Source: Octopus sinensis
Taxonomy: Eukaryota
Length of the DNA: 21,166 nucleotides
Assembly (NCBI RefSeq): GCF_006345805.1
Contig: NW_021823771.1
Span: 1-21,166 of the forward strand
Reading direction: 5' to 3'
Below, in pieces: positions 20,390 through 21,166 of the stretch (position 1 is the stretch's first letter; the number at the start of each line of letters is the position of its first letter). A program made the translations under genes and the position numbers. The notes under the pieces are model-generated. The model saw nothing but the letters and a program-made list of their open reading frames with translations. It was not told where the DNA came from and did not search any database.

Positions 20390-21166
20390 CTCGTTTCTTC
20401 CCGATGTCTTCCCACACACATTCCTAAACGACACCAAGGTATACTCCAGCATCTTGGTTCCATTCTTCCTCTGCCAATTTTACTCGTTGTCTTGTTGTTT
20501 CTGTCAATTCTGGGGCACCAGTCTCAAGGATTTTATTTCAGAAAATCGACCCAAAACATATTCCTCCGTCCCTTCTACTCAACAACAAACTAAACCTAGG
20601 CACAAAGCTTTGGAAAGGAGACTTTATAAAAAAATATGTGATACATTTTTAACTGTTGTTTCTAGCTTCAACTTGTATTTAATTGTGCATTTGTACATAT
20701 TTATAGACTTGCTGCTAGAAATAGCAGTCAAAACTCACTGAATCACAGCTGTCTATCTATCTATTTGTCTTATATGGTTCCAGTTTGTAATTAATTTATT
20801 TGGAATAATTAAATGGAAATGAAGTCTAATTTAGAAAAGAAAACGAAATTCATGATGTATAAGAAGTAAATGAAAGCAAGGGCTGCTAGAAATAGCAGCC
20901 AAATCTACGTCGGAACAGCATCATACTGCCTCACGTAACTCCATCCAGATTTATATATGAGCCGATAAAAATTGAAACCAATGAAAATGATAGCTAGATT
21001 TGTTTGAAATAGCAGCCAAATGTCCCTCCAATCTGCTGTAGTCTGAAATTACTTCAGTCTATAAATTCTACACCTATTTGTCACGCAAAACAAGACAAAT
21101 ACAAAGGGTCCATTAAACTGAGACGTTTCCTATGCTAGAAACAACAGCAAGACTCAAGCAAAAATA
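20390..21166. repeat. Second copy of the GCTAGAAATAGCAGCC composite repeat (blocks reordered)
   Basis: Homologous to 17228-18045, but the AAAACTCACTGAATCACAGCTG block precedes rather than follows the main block. Confidence 0.75.

Overview
AT-rich, microsatellite-dense eukaryotic DNA. The SINE, Helitron and microsatellite families look like those I associate with Octopus/coleoid cephalopod genomes; this is recognition from memory, not a database result. The only convincing protein-coding signal is at 1-2257 on the minus strand. It is a coiled-coil plus multiple NHL-like beta-propeller gene broken by a stop and roughly a dozen frameshifts, and it runs off the window's left edge. The remaining ~18 kb is almost all repeats. 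(i) A bipartite tRNA-headed SINE ('SINE-A': head + TA/CA linker + 3' half). (ii) A (GAT)n-tailed retroposon-like element carrying ~63-bp double-hairpin subrepeats ('HP element'). (iii) Non-autonomous Helitrons with TC...hairpin-CTAG ends. (iv) Long inverted repeats and simple repeats. The most striking structures are a 1.8-kb head-to-tail concatemer of the HP element (18323-20113) whose monomers carry different deletions, conserved stems with variable loops in the HP subrepeats, and repeated splitting of SINE-A at its central microsatellite linker by other elements. Nearly all ORFs in the supplied track outside 1-2257 are repeat or microsatellite artefacts.
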